NCBI GenBank assembly: GCA_965222215.1
Contig: OZ244931.1
Span: 259,517-323,516, forward strand
DNA: 64,000 nt
From: Alphaproteobacteria bacterium
Lineage (GTDB): Bacteria; Pseudomonadota; Alphaproteobacteria; UBA6615
Direction of reading: 5' to 3'
The position numbers and the translations under genes are program-made. Below, piece after piece: positions 27,063 to 36,391 of the stretch. The notes beneath the pieces were generated by a model. It did not search any database and had not been told where the DNA came from. It was given only the letters and a program-made list of their open reading frames with translations. Each line of letters opens with the position of its first letter. The stretch's first letter is position 1.

Positions 27063-28232
27063 ATGTCGAACGAGAACGGACGCAGCGGGCCGCTGGTGGG
27101 CCTCAAGGTGGTGGAGCTGGCGGGCATCGGGCCGGGCCCGTTCGCCTGCATGCTGCTGGCGGATCTGGGCGCGGACGTGATCAAGATCGACCGGCCGGCC
27201 GACGCCGGCCTCGGCGTGCCGCGAGGCTACGAATACGATCTGGCGACCCGCTCGCGGCCCTCGGTGGCGGTCGATCTCAAGCATCCCGACGGCGTCGAGA
27301 CGGTCCTCAGGCTGGTCGAGAATGCCGACGTGCTGATCGAGCCGTTCCGCCCCGGCGTCACCGAAAAACTCGGCCTCGGACCGGACGACTGCATGGCGCG
27401 CAACCCGAAGCTGATCTACGCGCGCATGACCGGCTTCGGCGGCACGGGCCCGCTGGCGAAGGTCGCCGGGCACGACATCAACTACACGGCGCTGTCGGGC
27501 GCGCTGCACGCGATCGGCCCGGCGGAGAAGCCGGTGCCGCCGCTGAACCTGATCGGCGACTATGGCGGCGGCGCGCTTTATCTGGCGTTCGGCGTGATGG
27601 CGGCGATGTACGAGGTCCAGCGCTCGGGCCAGGGCCAGGTGGTCGACGCCGGGATGGTCGACGGCGCGGCGAGCCTGATGATCCCGGTGATCGGCCTGCA
27701 CGCGTCGGGCTATTTTACCGACCAGCGCGCCTCGAACATCCTCGACGGCGGCGCGCCTTTCTACGATGCCTACGAGTGCGCCGACGGAAAGTTCGTCTCC
27801 ATCGGATCCATCGAGAAGAAGTTCTACGCGATCCTGCTCGACAAGCTTGGCCTTGCCGACGAAGATCTGCCCGACCAGATGGACCGGGACCGCTGGCCCG
27901 AGCTGAAGGCGCGCTTCGCCGAAGTGATCAGGGGCAAGACCCGGGACGAGTGGATCGAGATCATGGAAGGCACGGACGTCTGCTTCGCGCCGGTCATGTC
28001 CATGAGCGAGGCCCACACCCACCCGCACAACGTGGCGCGGGAAAACTTTGTCGAGGTCGCGGGCGTCACCCAGCCGGCCCCGGCGCCGAAATTCTCACGC
28101 ACGCCGGGCAGGATCCACTCCCCGCCGAGCAATCCGGGCGAGCACACGGAGGCGGCGCTCGCCGACTGGGGCTTCGCGGCGGACGATATCGCCGCGCTGA
28201 AAGACAGCGGCGCCATCGGGCGGAAATCATAG
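27063..28232 (+). CDS. CoA-transferase family III (CaiB/BaiF/AMACR-like).
   Basis: Family signature (GPLVGLKVVELAGIGPGPFACMLLADLGADVIKIDRP). SD GGGGGGA. Confidence 0.85.
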   Translation: MSNENGRSGPLVGLKVVELAGIGPGPFACMLLADLGADVIKIDRPADAGLGVPRGYEYDLATRSRPSVAVDLKHPDGVETVLRLVENADVLIEPFRPGVTEKLGLGPDDCMARNPKLIYARMTGFGGTGPLAKVAGHDINYTALSGALHAIGPAEKPVPPLNLIGDYGGGALYLAFGVMAAMYEVQRSGQGQVVDAGMVDGAASLMIPVIGLHASGYFTDQRASNILDGGAPFYDAYECADGKFVSIGSIEKKFYAILLDKLGLADEDLPDQMDRDRWPELKARFAEVIRGKTRDEWIEIMEGTDVCFAPVMSMSEAHTHPHNVARENFVEVAGVTQPAPAPKFSRTPGRIHSPPSNPGEHTEAALADWGFAADDIAALKDSGAIGRKS

Positions 28233-28240
28233 AGCTCAGG

Positions 28241-28326
28241 CGTCATTGCGAGCCGTAGGCGAAGCAATCCAGAGCGGACCTGCCTCGGCCCTGGATTGCT
28301 TCGTCGCTACGCTCCTCGCAATGACA
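28241..28326. repeat. Family A repeat (copy A3).
   Basis: CGTCATTGCGAGCCGTAGGCGAAGCAATCCAGAGCGG...CTGGATTGCTTCGTCGCTACGCTCCTCGCAATGAC. Confidence 0.8.
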
Positions 28327-28345
28327 GGATGCAACAGGAACCACC

Positions 28346-29248
28346 ATGCCCACCCGGATCCCCTACAACCGCGAGCTGGAATTCGAGTACGGCCGCGTCG
28401 ATGAAATCACGCCGCTCGTCCGCCGGGTCATCGCCAACAACCCCAGCGCCTTCACCTTCCACGGCACCGGCACCTACATCGTCGGGCGCGGGCAGGTGGC
28501 GGTCGTCGACCCGGGACCGGACCTGGCCGAGCATGTGGACGCGCTGCTGGAGGCGGTGCGCGGCGAGACCGTCACCCACATCCTCGTCACCCACACCCAT
28601 ATCGACCACTCGCCCGCCGTGCCCGCGCTGCAGGCCGCGACCGGCGCGCCGACCTACGCTTGGGGCCCCCACGGCACCCGGCCTCAGGACGGGGCGAGCG
28701 AGGGCGGCGCGGACTATGATTTCGCGCCCGACCATGTCGTCGGGGACGGCGATGTCATCACCGGGCCGGGCTGGTCCGTCGAGGCGCTGCACACGCCGGG
28801 CCACTGCTCGAACCACCTGTGCTTCGCGCTGCACGAGGAGGACGCGCTTCTGTGCGGCGACCATGTGATGGGCTGGTCGACCAGCATCGTCTCGCCGCCT
28901 GACGGCGACATGGCGGCGTACATGGCCTCGCTCGACAAGGTCGCCCGCTTCGGCGCGGGCCGCTACTTCCCGACCCACGGCGCGCCCATCGACGCGCCCG
29001 AACCCTATGTGAAGGCGCTGATCGCCCACCGCCACGAGCGCGAGGCCCAGATCATGGCCGAACTCGCCGGCGGCCCGGCGACCATCGAAGAGATGATCCC
29101 GCGCATGTACGCCGACGTCGACCCGAAGCTCTACCCCGCCGCGGCGCGGAGCGTGCTCGCACATCTCATCCACATGGTCGAGACGGGCCGGGTGACGGCG
29201 GACGGGGACGCGGGCGAGGAGAGTGAGTGGCGGTTGGCCGGAAATTAG
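28346..29248 (+). CDS. MBL-fold metallo-hydrolase.
   Basis: HxHxDH motif (THTHIDHS). Confidence 0.85.
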   Translation: MPTRIPYNRELEFEYGRVDEITPLVRRVIANNPSAFTFHGTGTYIVGRGQVAVVDPGPDLAEHVDALLEAVRGETVTHILVTHTHIDHSPAVPALQAATGAPTYAWGPHGTRPQDGASEGGADYDFAPDHVVGDGDVITGPGWSVEALHTPGHCSNHLCFALHEEDALLCGDHVMGWSTSIVSPPDGDMAAYMASLDKVARFGAGRYFPTHGAPIDAPEPYVKALIAHRHEREAQIMAELAGGPATIEEMIPRMYADVDPKLYPAAARSVLAHLIHMVETGRVTADGDAGEESEWRLAGN

Positions 29249-29251
29249 CTC

Positions 29252-31096
29252 CTAGTTTGCAGGGCAATCTACCAAACCGGACTCGATATCTACAGATTCG
29301 GGGAGCGGCATCAAAGGATAAACGTCGGTCCAGCGCTCTAGAAACCCAGGCTGATTGCGTAAAGAGTATCTGGATTGTTTTGACGTAAAGTATTCCAGTC
29401 CCGTTCGGGCTTCGATCCACTCCAACGACACCCGCTTGGAGTCGAGCCATTCCGGAAATTTTTCATTTTTCAACTGAACTGGCTCGTTAGGGATTACGAG
29501 AGCAACCAACTCTGAAAAATGGTGGTTCGATGCGATGACGTAGAAGTGGCTCGGTATTGCGATACCGTCGGTTTCGCTCGTCCGGGATTTCAGCCGAGGG
29601 ATAATTTCGTTCTGGTCTCTTTGGCCATCGTTGTCATGGTCAAATATCAAGCCGAGATTGACGTAGAACGGCTCCCGCGTTTGTCCCCAATGCTTCACGG
29701 CTTCAAGAAGCCCGCGCCAGGCACCGCGGTCGAGAGTGCAAGCGCGCGGCGCGGTGTTGGAAAGAAGGTAATTGTTGATCTCGCCAGCTACCGTCCGGGC
29801 CGTGTGTGATGGCGGGGCCATGAGACCGGCCACGAAACTCGGATCGGAATAGTCACGGCAAGTTCCGGATTGTTCGGTTTCGAGGCGTGGATCGGCCCGA
29901 AAGGCTACACGTTGGGCTAGACGATATGGTGTTGCCGAAGGCATCCGATACTGGGTCCACATTGGAACCTTGAGGTCCGGATGGTAGTTCGACATGAAGT
30001 ACCGATTGCTGAGCAGAAACTCGGGCCGCTGCTGCCCCGGTGAAGTTCCGGGGTCGTGCCAACTCCACAAGGCCAGGCTTTCCTCGCTGTTGAGTTTCAG
30101 TTCGGTGCTCGCTCTTGCGACTTCTTGAGAACTGGTGTTCTCCCATCTGCAGTCCTCGTCTTGCCTTACCGGAGCCGGATCGTCGACGCTCTGAAAAGCA
30201 TCTATCGGGCGCGTGAGGATCGGAAGTCCAGAGGACTGCTCTTTCCCCTTTCGCTTCAGCCATTCCGACGCGCGTTTCTGACCTTCAGCGATTTCGGAGC
30301 TAGACATAAAGAACGCGACCTGATCGCGGTCTTCCCGGTGTTCCAGATCGTTGACGGTCGCGATCTCAAACCACTTGAAACCCTCGATACGGTCGATGGG
30401 CGTCCCGATGGCCCGATACAGTGTGCTGCGGGCATGGAGATTACCGAGATAGCCTTGCGCTTCTGCGTAGTCGCTTTCGGCCGCCGAGCGAATAAGTTGA
30501 AGAGCTTTGTCGAGGTCAAAAGGAACGACGTCTTCCGGCTTGTTCTCGCTCCAGAGGTAACGTTCCGCGATATAGACGAGTGCGGGCGCATATCCCTGCG
30601 CCGCAGCCTTTTCCGCCCATTCGAAAGCGGCCTTAAAATTCTCTTCGGGCGTTGGCTTGCCGGCACCAACTCTGGTCATTGTCGATTGAGCTGGAGCGAA
30701 CCCCAGTTCAGCAGCGCGTTGTATCCGCTCCCTGATTTCTTCCCATTCCAGAACACGATCAACGTTTTTTAGATCGTTTGAATATGAAAGAGGTGACGGA
30801 ATGCCGTGATAGGTCTTTGCAAGGAAGGCTTCAATGTAGTCGTCGTCTGTCTTGGAATTACCGAAGATAGGTCGAAAGGCCGGAATACCTAGAAGTGAGC
30901 GACTACGGCGTTCCCCGGCTTTCGCATTGACAATCGCAGATCTCACCGCCTCTTCGAAGAGATTTCGGGCCTCTGACTGATTTGCTTTCTGCCCTGTGGC
31001 TTCTTGGGTGGTGGCTAGTTGCGCCACAAAAAAGCTACACGCAACAAATAGCGTAAGGTGAAACGATCGAAGCCGTGCGAGTCCGGTCATTTTCAA
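29252..31096 (-). CDS. Secreted protein with Sel1-type repeats, fused to a C-terminal domain homologous to Serratia-type DNA/RNA non-specific endonucleases (Endonuclease_NS). The DRGH catalytic motif is not conserved. It sits on a lower-GC islet.
   Basis: Signal peptide. Sel1-like repeats (AAQGYAPALVYIAERY, ESDYAEAQGYLGNLH). The C-terminus has the nuclease-family landmarks PMWTQYRM (W-x-x-Y) and NNYLLSNTAPR...DRGAWRGLLE (compare NYLSNITPQ...QGAWARLE). The position expected for DRGH reads VAGLMAPPSH instead. GC is ~55% against ~67% for the flanks. Confidence 0.75.
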   Translation of the reverse strand: MKMTGLARLRSFHLTLFVACSFFVAQLATTQEATGQKANQSEARNLFEEAVRSAIVNAKAGERRSRSLLGIPAFRPIFGNSKTDDDYIEAFLAKTYHGIPSPLSYSNDLKNVDRVLEWEEIRERIQRAAELGFAPAQSTMTRVGAGKPTPEENFKAAFEWAEKAAAQGYAPALVYIAERYLWSENKPEDVVPFDLDKALQLIRSAAESDYAEAQGYLGNLHARSTLYRAIGTPIDRIEGFKWFEIATVNDLEHREDRDQVAFFMSSSEIAEGQKRASEWLKRKGKEQSSGLPILTRPIDAFQSVDDPAPVRQDEDCRWENTSSQEVARASTELKLNSEESLALWSWHDPGTSPGQQRPEFLLSNRYFMSNYHPDLKVPMWTQYRMPSATPYRLAQRVAFRADPRLETEQSGTCRDYSDPSFVAGLMAPPSHTARTVAGEINNYLLSNTAPRACTLDRGAWRGLLEAVKHWGQTREPFYVNLGLIFDHDNDGQRDQNEIIPRLKSRTSETDGIAIPSHFYVIASNHHFSELVALVIPNEPVQLKNEKFPEWLDSKRVSLEWIEARTGLEYFTSKQSRYSLRNQPGFLERWTDVYPLMPLPESVDIESGLVDCPAN

Positions 31097-31102
31097 GGCC
31101 TC

Positions 31103-31708
31103 CTACTCCGGCGTGATGTAATACCGCCCCCGCAAAAACCGTGACAGCGGCACCGGTCTTTCCGGGTCGGGCTTCGGGGGGTCGGCGACCCAGCGTTCGA
31201 ATTCGGCGAGTGCGATTCTCGTGATCCCGGCGATGTCCAGGTCGCGGGCAGCGTCCATCGGGAAGAACGCGGCGTCGAGGAGTTCGCCGTCGCCTTCGGT
31301 GATCTCGCCCATGGCATCGTCGGCCTCGGCCACCAGAAACCGCGCGTCGAAGCGGCGCGGGCGGCCGGGCGGGGTGATCGCCCGGAAGAAATAGTCGAGC
31401 CGTCCGAGCTCCGGGCGAAATCCGCCGGGCGCGTCGTCGTCGGCCTCGCCCAGCAGCAGGCCGGTTTCCTCGAAGACCTCGCGCACCGCCGCGGCGGCGA
31501 TGGCGCGGGCGCGGGTCGGGTTGGCGGCGCGCTCCAGGCGGGCCTGCACGTCCCGGCGAAGATTGCTCTCGGGCTTCAGCGCGCTGTCGGCCCGGTCCAC
31601 CCGGCCGCCGGGAAACACCCAGGCGTGGGGCATGAACACATGGTTCTTGTGGCGGCGGCCCATCAGCACCTCGACCGTGCCGCCGCGCCGCTTGCGCCAC
31701 AGCACCAT
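31103..31708 (-). CDS. NUDIX hydrolase (CoA pyrophosphatase-like).
   Basis: Nudix box GGRVDRADSALKPESNLRRDVQARLERAANPTRARAIAAAAVREVFEETG. The ORF-track frame is over-extended by ~188 codons. Confidence 0.7.
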   Translation of the reverse strand: MVLWRKRRGGTVEVLMGRRHKNHVFMPHAWVFPGGRVDRADSALKPESNLRRDVQARLERAANPTRARAIAAAAVREVFEETGLLLGEADDDAPGGFRPELGRLDYFFRAITPPGRPRRFDARFLVAEADDAMGEITEGDGELLDAAFFPMDAARDLDIAGITRIALAEFERWVADPPKPDPERPVPLSRFLRGRYYITPE

Positions 31709-31785
31709 CGTCGCCGCGTCGACGGGGCGCAGCGCGCGGTGTTCTTTCTTCTTCAGGCTCGGGTCGCTCTCGGCCACGCGTGTTC

Positions 31786-32439
31786 CTATTTCAGAGGCGA
31801 GAACGCGGTCGGCACCAGATACCGGTTCTTCTGGTCGACGACCCGGTGGCCATTCGCGGCCTGGTAGATTTTCCAGGCCGGGTCGGCCACGGCGGCCGCC
31901 TGGCGCTCCTCGCGCTGGCCCTGGCTGTCCCAGTACCAGAGGTGCACGACCTGGTTGATGGTGCCGGTGATCGAGGAGAAATAACCCAGGAGCTGCCAGC
32001 CGGCCCGCTCGATGACCGGCTTGGCGAGCGCCTTGGTCACCTCGACATAGTTCGGCACTTCGGCGTAGCGGATCGTGTAGGTGCGCTCGTCGACGAAGCC
32101 CTGTTCGCTGCCGTTGCCCATGAAGGCGAAGGGTTCCACCACGTCCGTCGCGGCGAGCAGGCGGTTTTCCTGCTCGACGATCCGCTCGACGTTGGCCTTG
32201 CGGTACGCGGTCCAGTCCTTGTCGTCGTAGAGCGAGGCCCGTACTTCCTGGCGAACCTTGGCGCTGTCCCACTTCCAGTAGTGGACGACCTTGTTCAGCC
32301 CGCCGGTCTCAACGGTGAAATAGCCGGCGAGGTCGAATCCGTGCTTCTGCTGCAGCGGGTAGCCTTCTTCCTCGACGCTCTTCAGGTAGGCGGGCAATTG
32401 CCCGGGCTTTACGGTGTATGTGCGTGCGTCGACGATCAT
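31786..32439 (-). CDS. NIPSNAP family protein (two NIPSNAP/Dabb domains).
   Basis: Strong SD GGGGGAGAG before ATG 32439. Duplicated NIPSNAP-like halves. Confidence 0.75.
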   Translation of the reverse strand: MIVDARTYTVKPGQLPAYLKSVEEEGYPLQQKHGFDLAGYFTVETGGLNKVVHYWKWDSAKVRQEVRASLYDDKDWTAYRKANVERIVEQENRLLAATDVVEPFAFMGNGSEQGFVDERTYTIRYAEVPNYVEVTKALAKPVIERAGWQLLGYFSSITGTINQVVHLWYWDSQGQREERQAAAVADPAWKIYQAANGHRVVDQKNRYLVPTAFSPLK

Positions 32440-32538
32440 GGCCTGACTCTCCCCCTCGGATATTGCGTTGCGGACGGTGCCGCCCGCGTGGGTGTATCGT
32501 GACACGGCGAACGGTCAACGAAAAGTCAGGCGGGTGAC

Positions 32539-33447
32539 ATGGTTGAGGCACGTATCCGGCATGTGGTCGAGACGGGGGCGATACTCGGTGAAAGCCCCGT
32601 GTGGTCGCCGGACGACGCGGTGCTGTGGTGGGTCGACATCAAGGCGCCCGCGCTCCACCGCTACAACCCGGCGGCCGATACCGACGAGTCCTGGCCGCTG
32701 CCGCAGGAGACGGGCTCGATTGCGTTGCGGAAGGGCGGCGGGCTGGTGGCCGCGCTGCGGGACGGGTTCGCGCGTGTCGATGTCGAGACCGGCCGGCTGG
32801 ACTGGATCGGCAACCCCGAGCCGGATCTGCCCGACAACCGCCTGAATGACGGCCGCACGGATCGCCAGGGTCGTTTCTGGGCGGGGTCGATGCACGACCC
32901 CGAGGGCCCGCCGCAGACCTATTTCGAGCGGGAACCGGTCGGCGCGTTCTACCGGCTCGATCCGGACGGGAGCATCCACCGGATGATCGACGGCGTTCTG
33001 GTGTCGAACGGCCTGTGCTGGTCGCCGGACGGCAAGACGATGTACGCGGCGGATTCGCCGACGCGGACGATCCGCGCCTGGGACTACGACCCGGCGACCG
33101 GAGACATCGCCGGCGAAAGGGTGTTCGCGACCATCCCGGAAGAACCCGGCCGGGGCACGCCGGATGGCGCCATCGTCGACGCCGACGGCGGGCTGTGGAC
33201 CGCCGAGTTCCGCGGCGGGCGGGTCACGCGCTTCACGCCGGACGGCAGGGAAGACCGCTCGGTGGCGCTGCCGGTCAGCCGCCCCACCTGCCCGATGTTC
33301 GGAGGGCCGGACTTGAAGACGCTCTACGTCACCTCCGCGAAGATCATGCTGAGCCCGGAGGAACTGGCGGCCGAGCCGCTCGCGGGGGCGCTGTTCGCGC
33401 TGGATGTCGGCGTCGCGGGGCCGCCGGAGACGCCGTTCCCGGGTTAA
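32539..33447 (+). CDS. SMP-30/gluconolactonase/LRE-like beta-propeller protein.
   Basis: Regucalcin family signatures (GESPVWSP, NRLNDGRTDRQGRFWAGSM, SNGLCWSPDGKTMY). Confidence 0.85.
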   Translation: MVEARIRHVVETGAILGESPVWSPDDAVLWWVDIKAPALHRYNPAADTDESWPLPQETGSIALRKGGGLVAALRDGFARVDVETGRLDWIGNPEPDLPDNRLNDGRTDRQGRFWAGSMHDPEGPPQTYFEREPVGAFYRLDPDGSIHRMIDGVLVSNGLCWSPDGKTMYAADSPTRTIRAWDYDPATGDIAGERVFATIPEEPGRGTPDGAIVDADGGLWTAEFRGGRVTRFTPDGREDRSVALPVSRPTCPMFGGPDLKTLYVTSAKIMLSPEELAAEPLAGALFALDVGVAGPPETPFPG

Positions 33448-33528
33448 CGTCATTGCGAGGAGCAGCGCGACGACGCAATCCAGAGCCGACAGGCCCGCTC
33501 TGGATTGCTTCGCTTCGCTCGCAATGAC
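33448..33528. repeat. Family A repeat (copy A4).
   Basis: CGTCATTGCGAGGAGCAGCGCGACGACGCAATCCAGAGCCG...CTCTGGATTGCTTCGCTTCGCTCGCAATGAC. Confidence 0.8.
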
Positions 33529-33652
33529 AGCAGAATTTTTGTTCGCCGACTAATCCAGGTTAATCCGCCGGCAAGAAATTGCCTTAATCGGGCCGCGCCA
33601 CCGCCCCCTTGCCACGCCACCTTGCTCTCAGCCCTGTCAGGGAGGAGAGACG

Positions 33653-34060
33653 ATGCGCGGACTGACTGCAGTAGCCCTTTTGATCGGCGGAATGCCCATC
33701 GCGACCTTTGTCGCGACGCTCGCGCTGACAGACGGTGCGCCGCTGCAGTCGCCATTCCGTGCGGCGTCTGCAGGGTCAGGGATGCCGGCCGCGGTGCACG
33801 TAACGCCGGATACAGAGCCCGGGCAATCGGCGCGAGACGCGCTCGCCGGCATCCCAACCTGGATTTCGCAGCCGGCGGTGGATGCGCCGGTGCCCGACTG
33901 GCGCCCGCCGGAAGCCCACAGGCTGGTCCGCCACCGGACCGATGCGGCATGGGACCGACTGGATCGCCTCGCGGCGGACGGAAACCGCGATGCACTGGTG
34001 TTTCGCACCCTGATGCAGTCCGCGGACTTTGCGCGGCCGGCGCGACCGCTCACCCCTTGA
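33653..34060 (+). CDS. Hypothetical secreted protein.
   Basis: Strong SD GGGAGGAGAG. N-terminal signal peptide. No recognisable domain. Confidence 0.5.
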   Translation: MRGLTAVALLIGGMPIATFVATLALTDGAPLQSPFRAASAGSGMPAAVHVTPDTEPGQSARDALAGIPTWISQPAVDAPVPDWRPPEAHRLVRHRTDAAWDRLDRLAADGNRDALVFRTLMQSADFARPARPLTP

Positions 34061-34224
34061 AAAACGACGTTTTCGAACCCAGATTCCTTCTATCGCCGGG
34101 GGCTCACATGAGGCCCGGCGACGGGATCTTCGGGCGCCTTGATCGGGCCCGGCAGGACCGTACAGGTACGCAAGCCGTGATTCCTGTGCGGCCCGGAACT
34201 CGCTCAAACCAGAGGAGTGACGGC

Positions 34225-34683
34225 ATGAATCGCTTGTCTCCACTTAGAAATCCGCTGCTGCTCGGATTCGACGAATTCGAACGCACGCTGGAGCGCATCA
34301 CCAAGGCGTCCAACGACGGCTATCCGCCCTATAACATCGAGCGCACGGGCGAGACGCGCCTGCGCATCACGCTCGCCGTGGCCGGGTTCGACCGCGACGA
34401 CCTCGACATCCAGCTCGAGGATAACCAGCTTACCGTGAGCGGCCGTCAGGCCGACAACGACGACCGTGAATACCTGCATCGCGGAATCGCGACGCGCATG
34501 TTCAAACGCAGCTTTGTCCTGGCCGACGGGGTGGAGGTGACCTCCGCGTCCCTCGACAACGGCCTGCTCAATATCGATATCGCCCTGCCGCAGCCCGAGC
34601 GCAACGTGCGCAGGATCGAGATCGGCGGCGATGCCACGGACGGCCCCGAGCTTGAAGTGGAAACATCAGGAGGTGCGTCATGA
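34225..34683 (+). CDS. Hsp20/alpha-crystallin family small heat-shock protein.
   Basis: ACD sequence (YNIERTGETRLRITLAVAGFDRDDLDIQLEDNQLTVSG). SD GAGGAG. Confidence 0.85.
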   Translation: MNRLSPLRNPLLLGFDEFERTLERITKASNDGYPPYNIERTGETRLRITLAVAGFDRDDLDIQLEDNQLTVSGRQADNDDREYLHRGIATRMFKRSFVLADGVEVTSASLDNGLLNIDIALPQPERNVRRIEIGGDATDGPELEVETSGGAS

Positions 34684-34904
34684 ATCGCGAAACCGAAGCC
34701 CGAATCGTGCCGGGGCTTTCTCCCGAACAGTTCGCCGCGCTGGGAATGGACGAGGTTGCCTATGTCCGACCCGCCGTGGTGGAGGGCAAGAAGGTCTATG
34801 CGATCCACAGCGCCGACGGCAACGCCATCGGCATGATGGCGGAGCGCGACGTCGCCTTCGCGGCCGTCAAACAGCACGACATGGAACCCGTCAGCGTCCA
34901 CTGA
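34680..34904 (+). CDS. DUF1150 family protein (the usual Hsp20 partner).
   Basis: ATGA overlap with hsp20. Conserved core VAYVRPAVVEGKKVYAIHSADG. Confidence 0.75.
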   Translation: MNRETEARIVPGLSPEQFAALGMDEVAYVRPAVVEGKKVYAIHSADGNAIGMMAERDVAFAAVKQHDMEPVSVH

Positions 34905-34925
34905 TCCGGACGATCCAGACAGCCT

Positions 34926-35012
34926 CGTCATTGCGAGGCCATCGGCCGAAGCAATCCAGATCGGGCATGTCCGCGCCACTGGATTGCGTCGTCGCTACGC
35001 TCCTCGCAGTGA
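34926..35012. repeat. Family A repeat (copy A5).
   Basis: CGTCATTGCGAGGCCATCGGCCGAAGCAATCCAGATCGG...CTGGATTGCGTCGTCGCTACGCTCCTCGCAGTGAC. Confidence 0.8.
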
Positions 35013-35049
35013 CAGGTTTGCAGCTATTCTGAGAAGTGAGGTTGGAGCG

Positions 35050-35532
35050 TCAGCTCGCGGCCCGATAGAAGTCGCCCGTCGAGTTACCGGCTTCCATGAG
35101 CAGCGCGTAGATCGCCTCGGCATTGTCCGAGCCGCGCAGCTTCTCGCAGAAACTGCGGTCGCGCAGGATGCGCGAGATGCGCGCGAGCGCTTTCAGGTGG
35201 TCCGCGCCGGCACCTTCGGGCGCGAGCAGCAGGAACACAAGGTCCACGGGCTGGTCGTCGATCGCATCGAAATCGACCGGTTTTTCGAGCCGCGCGAACA
35301 TGCCCTGAAGTTTGTCGATCTGGGGCAGCTTGCCGTGCGGGATCGCGAGGCCGGAGCCCACGCCGGTCGAGCCCAGGCGTTCGCGTTCGAGAAGGATGTC
35401 GAACACCTGGCGGGATTCGAGGCCGAATACCTTTGCCGCCGACTTCGACAGCTCCTGCAGCAGGTGCTTCTTGCTGGTCGCGTTCAGGCTGGCGATCACC
35501 GCCTCGCGCTGGAGTAACTGTTCGATATCCAT
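35050..35532 (-). CDS. ptsN: PTS IIA-Ntr nitrogen regulatory protein.
   Basis: EIIA-2 fold with the phosphorylatable His in GLAIPHGK. It lies 6 nt downstream of hpf. Start chosen at MDIEQLL. Confidence 0.8.
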   Translation of the reverse strand: MDIEQLLQREAVIASLNATSKKHLLQELSKSAAKVFGLESRQVFDILLERERLGSTGVGSGLAIPHGKLPQIDKLQGMFARLEKPVDFDAIDDQPVDLVFLLLAPEGAGADHLKALARISRILRDRSFCEKLRGSDNAEAIYALLMEAGNSTGDFYRAAS

Positions 35533-35539
35533 CGGGTCG

Positions 35540-36151
35540 TCAGGCCTCGCCCGAAGGCGTGTCGATCCATCCGATATTGCCGTCGTCGCGGCGATAGACG
35601 ACACCGAGGCCGCCATGCTGCGAATTGCGGAAAACAAAGGCCGGCGCGTCGGCGAGGTCCATACGCATCACAGCTTCCGAGACGCTCAGGTTTTCGATGA
35701 CTGTCTGGTTCTCTGCGATAATGATCGGGTTGTCTTCGGCCGGGACAGCTTCGCTTTCTTCTTCGGCCTGCGGCGCAATGACGTATTCGGGTGTGCTGGC
35801 GGCGGCGGCGGCGGAATCGCGATCCTTGTGATGGTCGCGCAGCCGGCGCTTGTTGCGGCGAAGCCGCTTTGCAAGGTGGGCCAGCGCCACGTCGAAGGCG
35901 GCATAGGCCTCGTCGGCTTCTTCCTGGGCACGGACGTGGATGCCGCGGCCCACATGCATCGCGATGGAGGCTCGGATGCGGTAGCTCTCGCGCGAGAGCA
36001 CCACGTTCGCCTCGATAGCGTCCGCGAAGTACTTCTCCGTTGTCGCCTCGATCGCATCCTCGATGTGGCCGCGTAGCGCGTCGCCGACGTCAATCTGCTG
36101 GCCTGTTACGTTGATTAGCAAGGTTTCACGAGGTCCGTTGAAAGAATTCAC
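35540..36151 (-). CDS. hpf: Ribosome hibernation promoting factor (long form).
   Basis: The canonical N-terminus (M)LINVTGQQIDVGDALR suggests the real start may be TTG at ~36121 rather than the GTG at 36151. The C-terminal extension domain is present. Confidence 0.85.
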   Translation of the reverse strand: MNSFNGPRETLLINVTGQQIDVGDALRGHIEDAIEATTEKYFADAIEANVVLSRESYRIRASIAMHVGRGIHVRAQEEADEAYAAFDVALAHLAKRLRRNKRRLRDHHKDRDSAAAAASTPEYVIAPQAEEESEAVPAEDNPIIIAENQTVIENLSVSEAVMRMDLADAPAFVFRNSQHGGLGVVYRRDDGNIGWIDTPSGEA

Positions 36152-36391
36152 GATTCCGGACGGTTTGCCCGACCGGTTTTATGTCTCTACGTGCTGCTTC
36201 TTGCGCCCTGCTTTCAGGGCCATTCTACCTGTCATACGGGCCGGTTGTCGGCTTTTTATCAGTGGCAGGTCTGTTGTGCGGCGCGGAACTTAGTCAGGGG
36301 TTCCTGACCTGTCAATACCGGCTGTGTAAGCCTAACACATAAGCAGGACAAGCGTGATTTCAATCGGTTTCGCGGTGCCGGTGAGCGTGGG

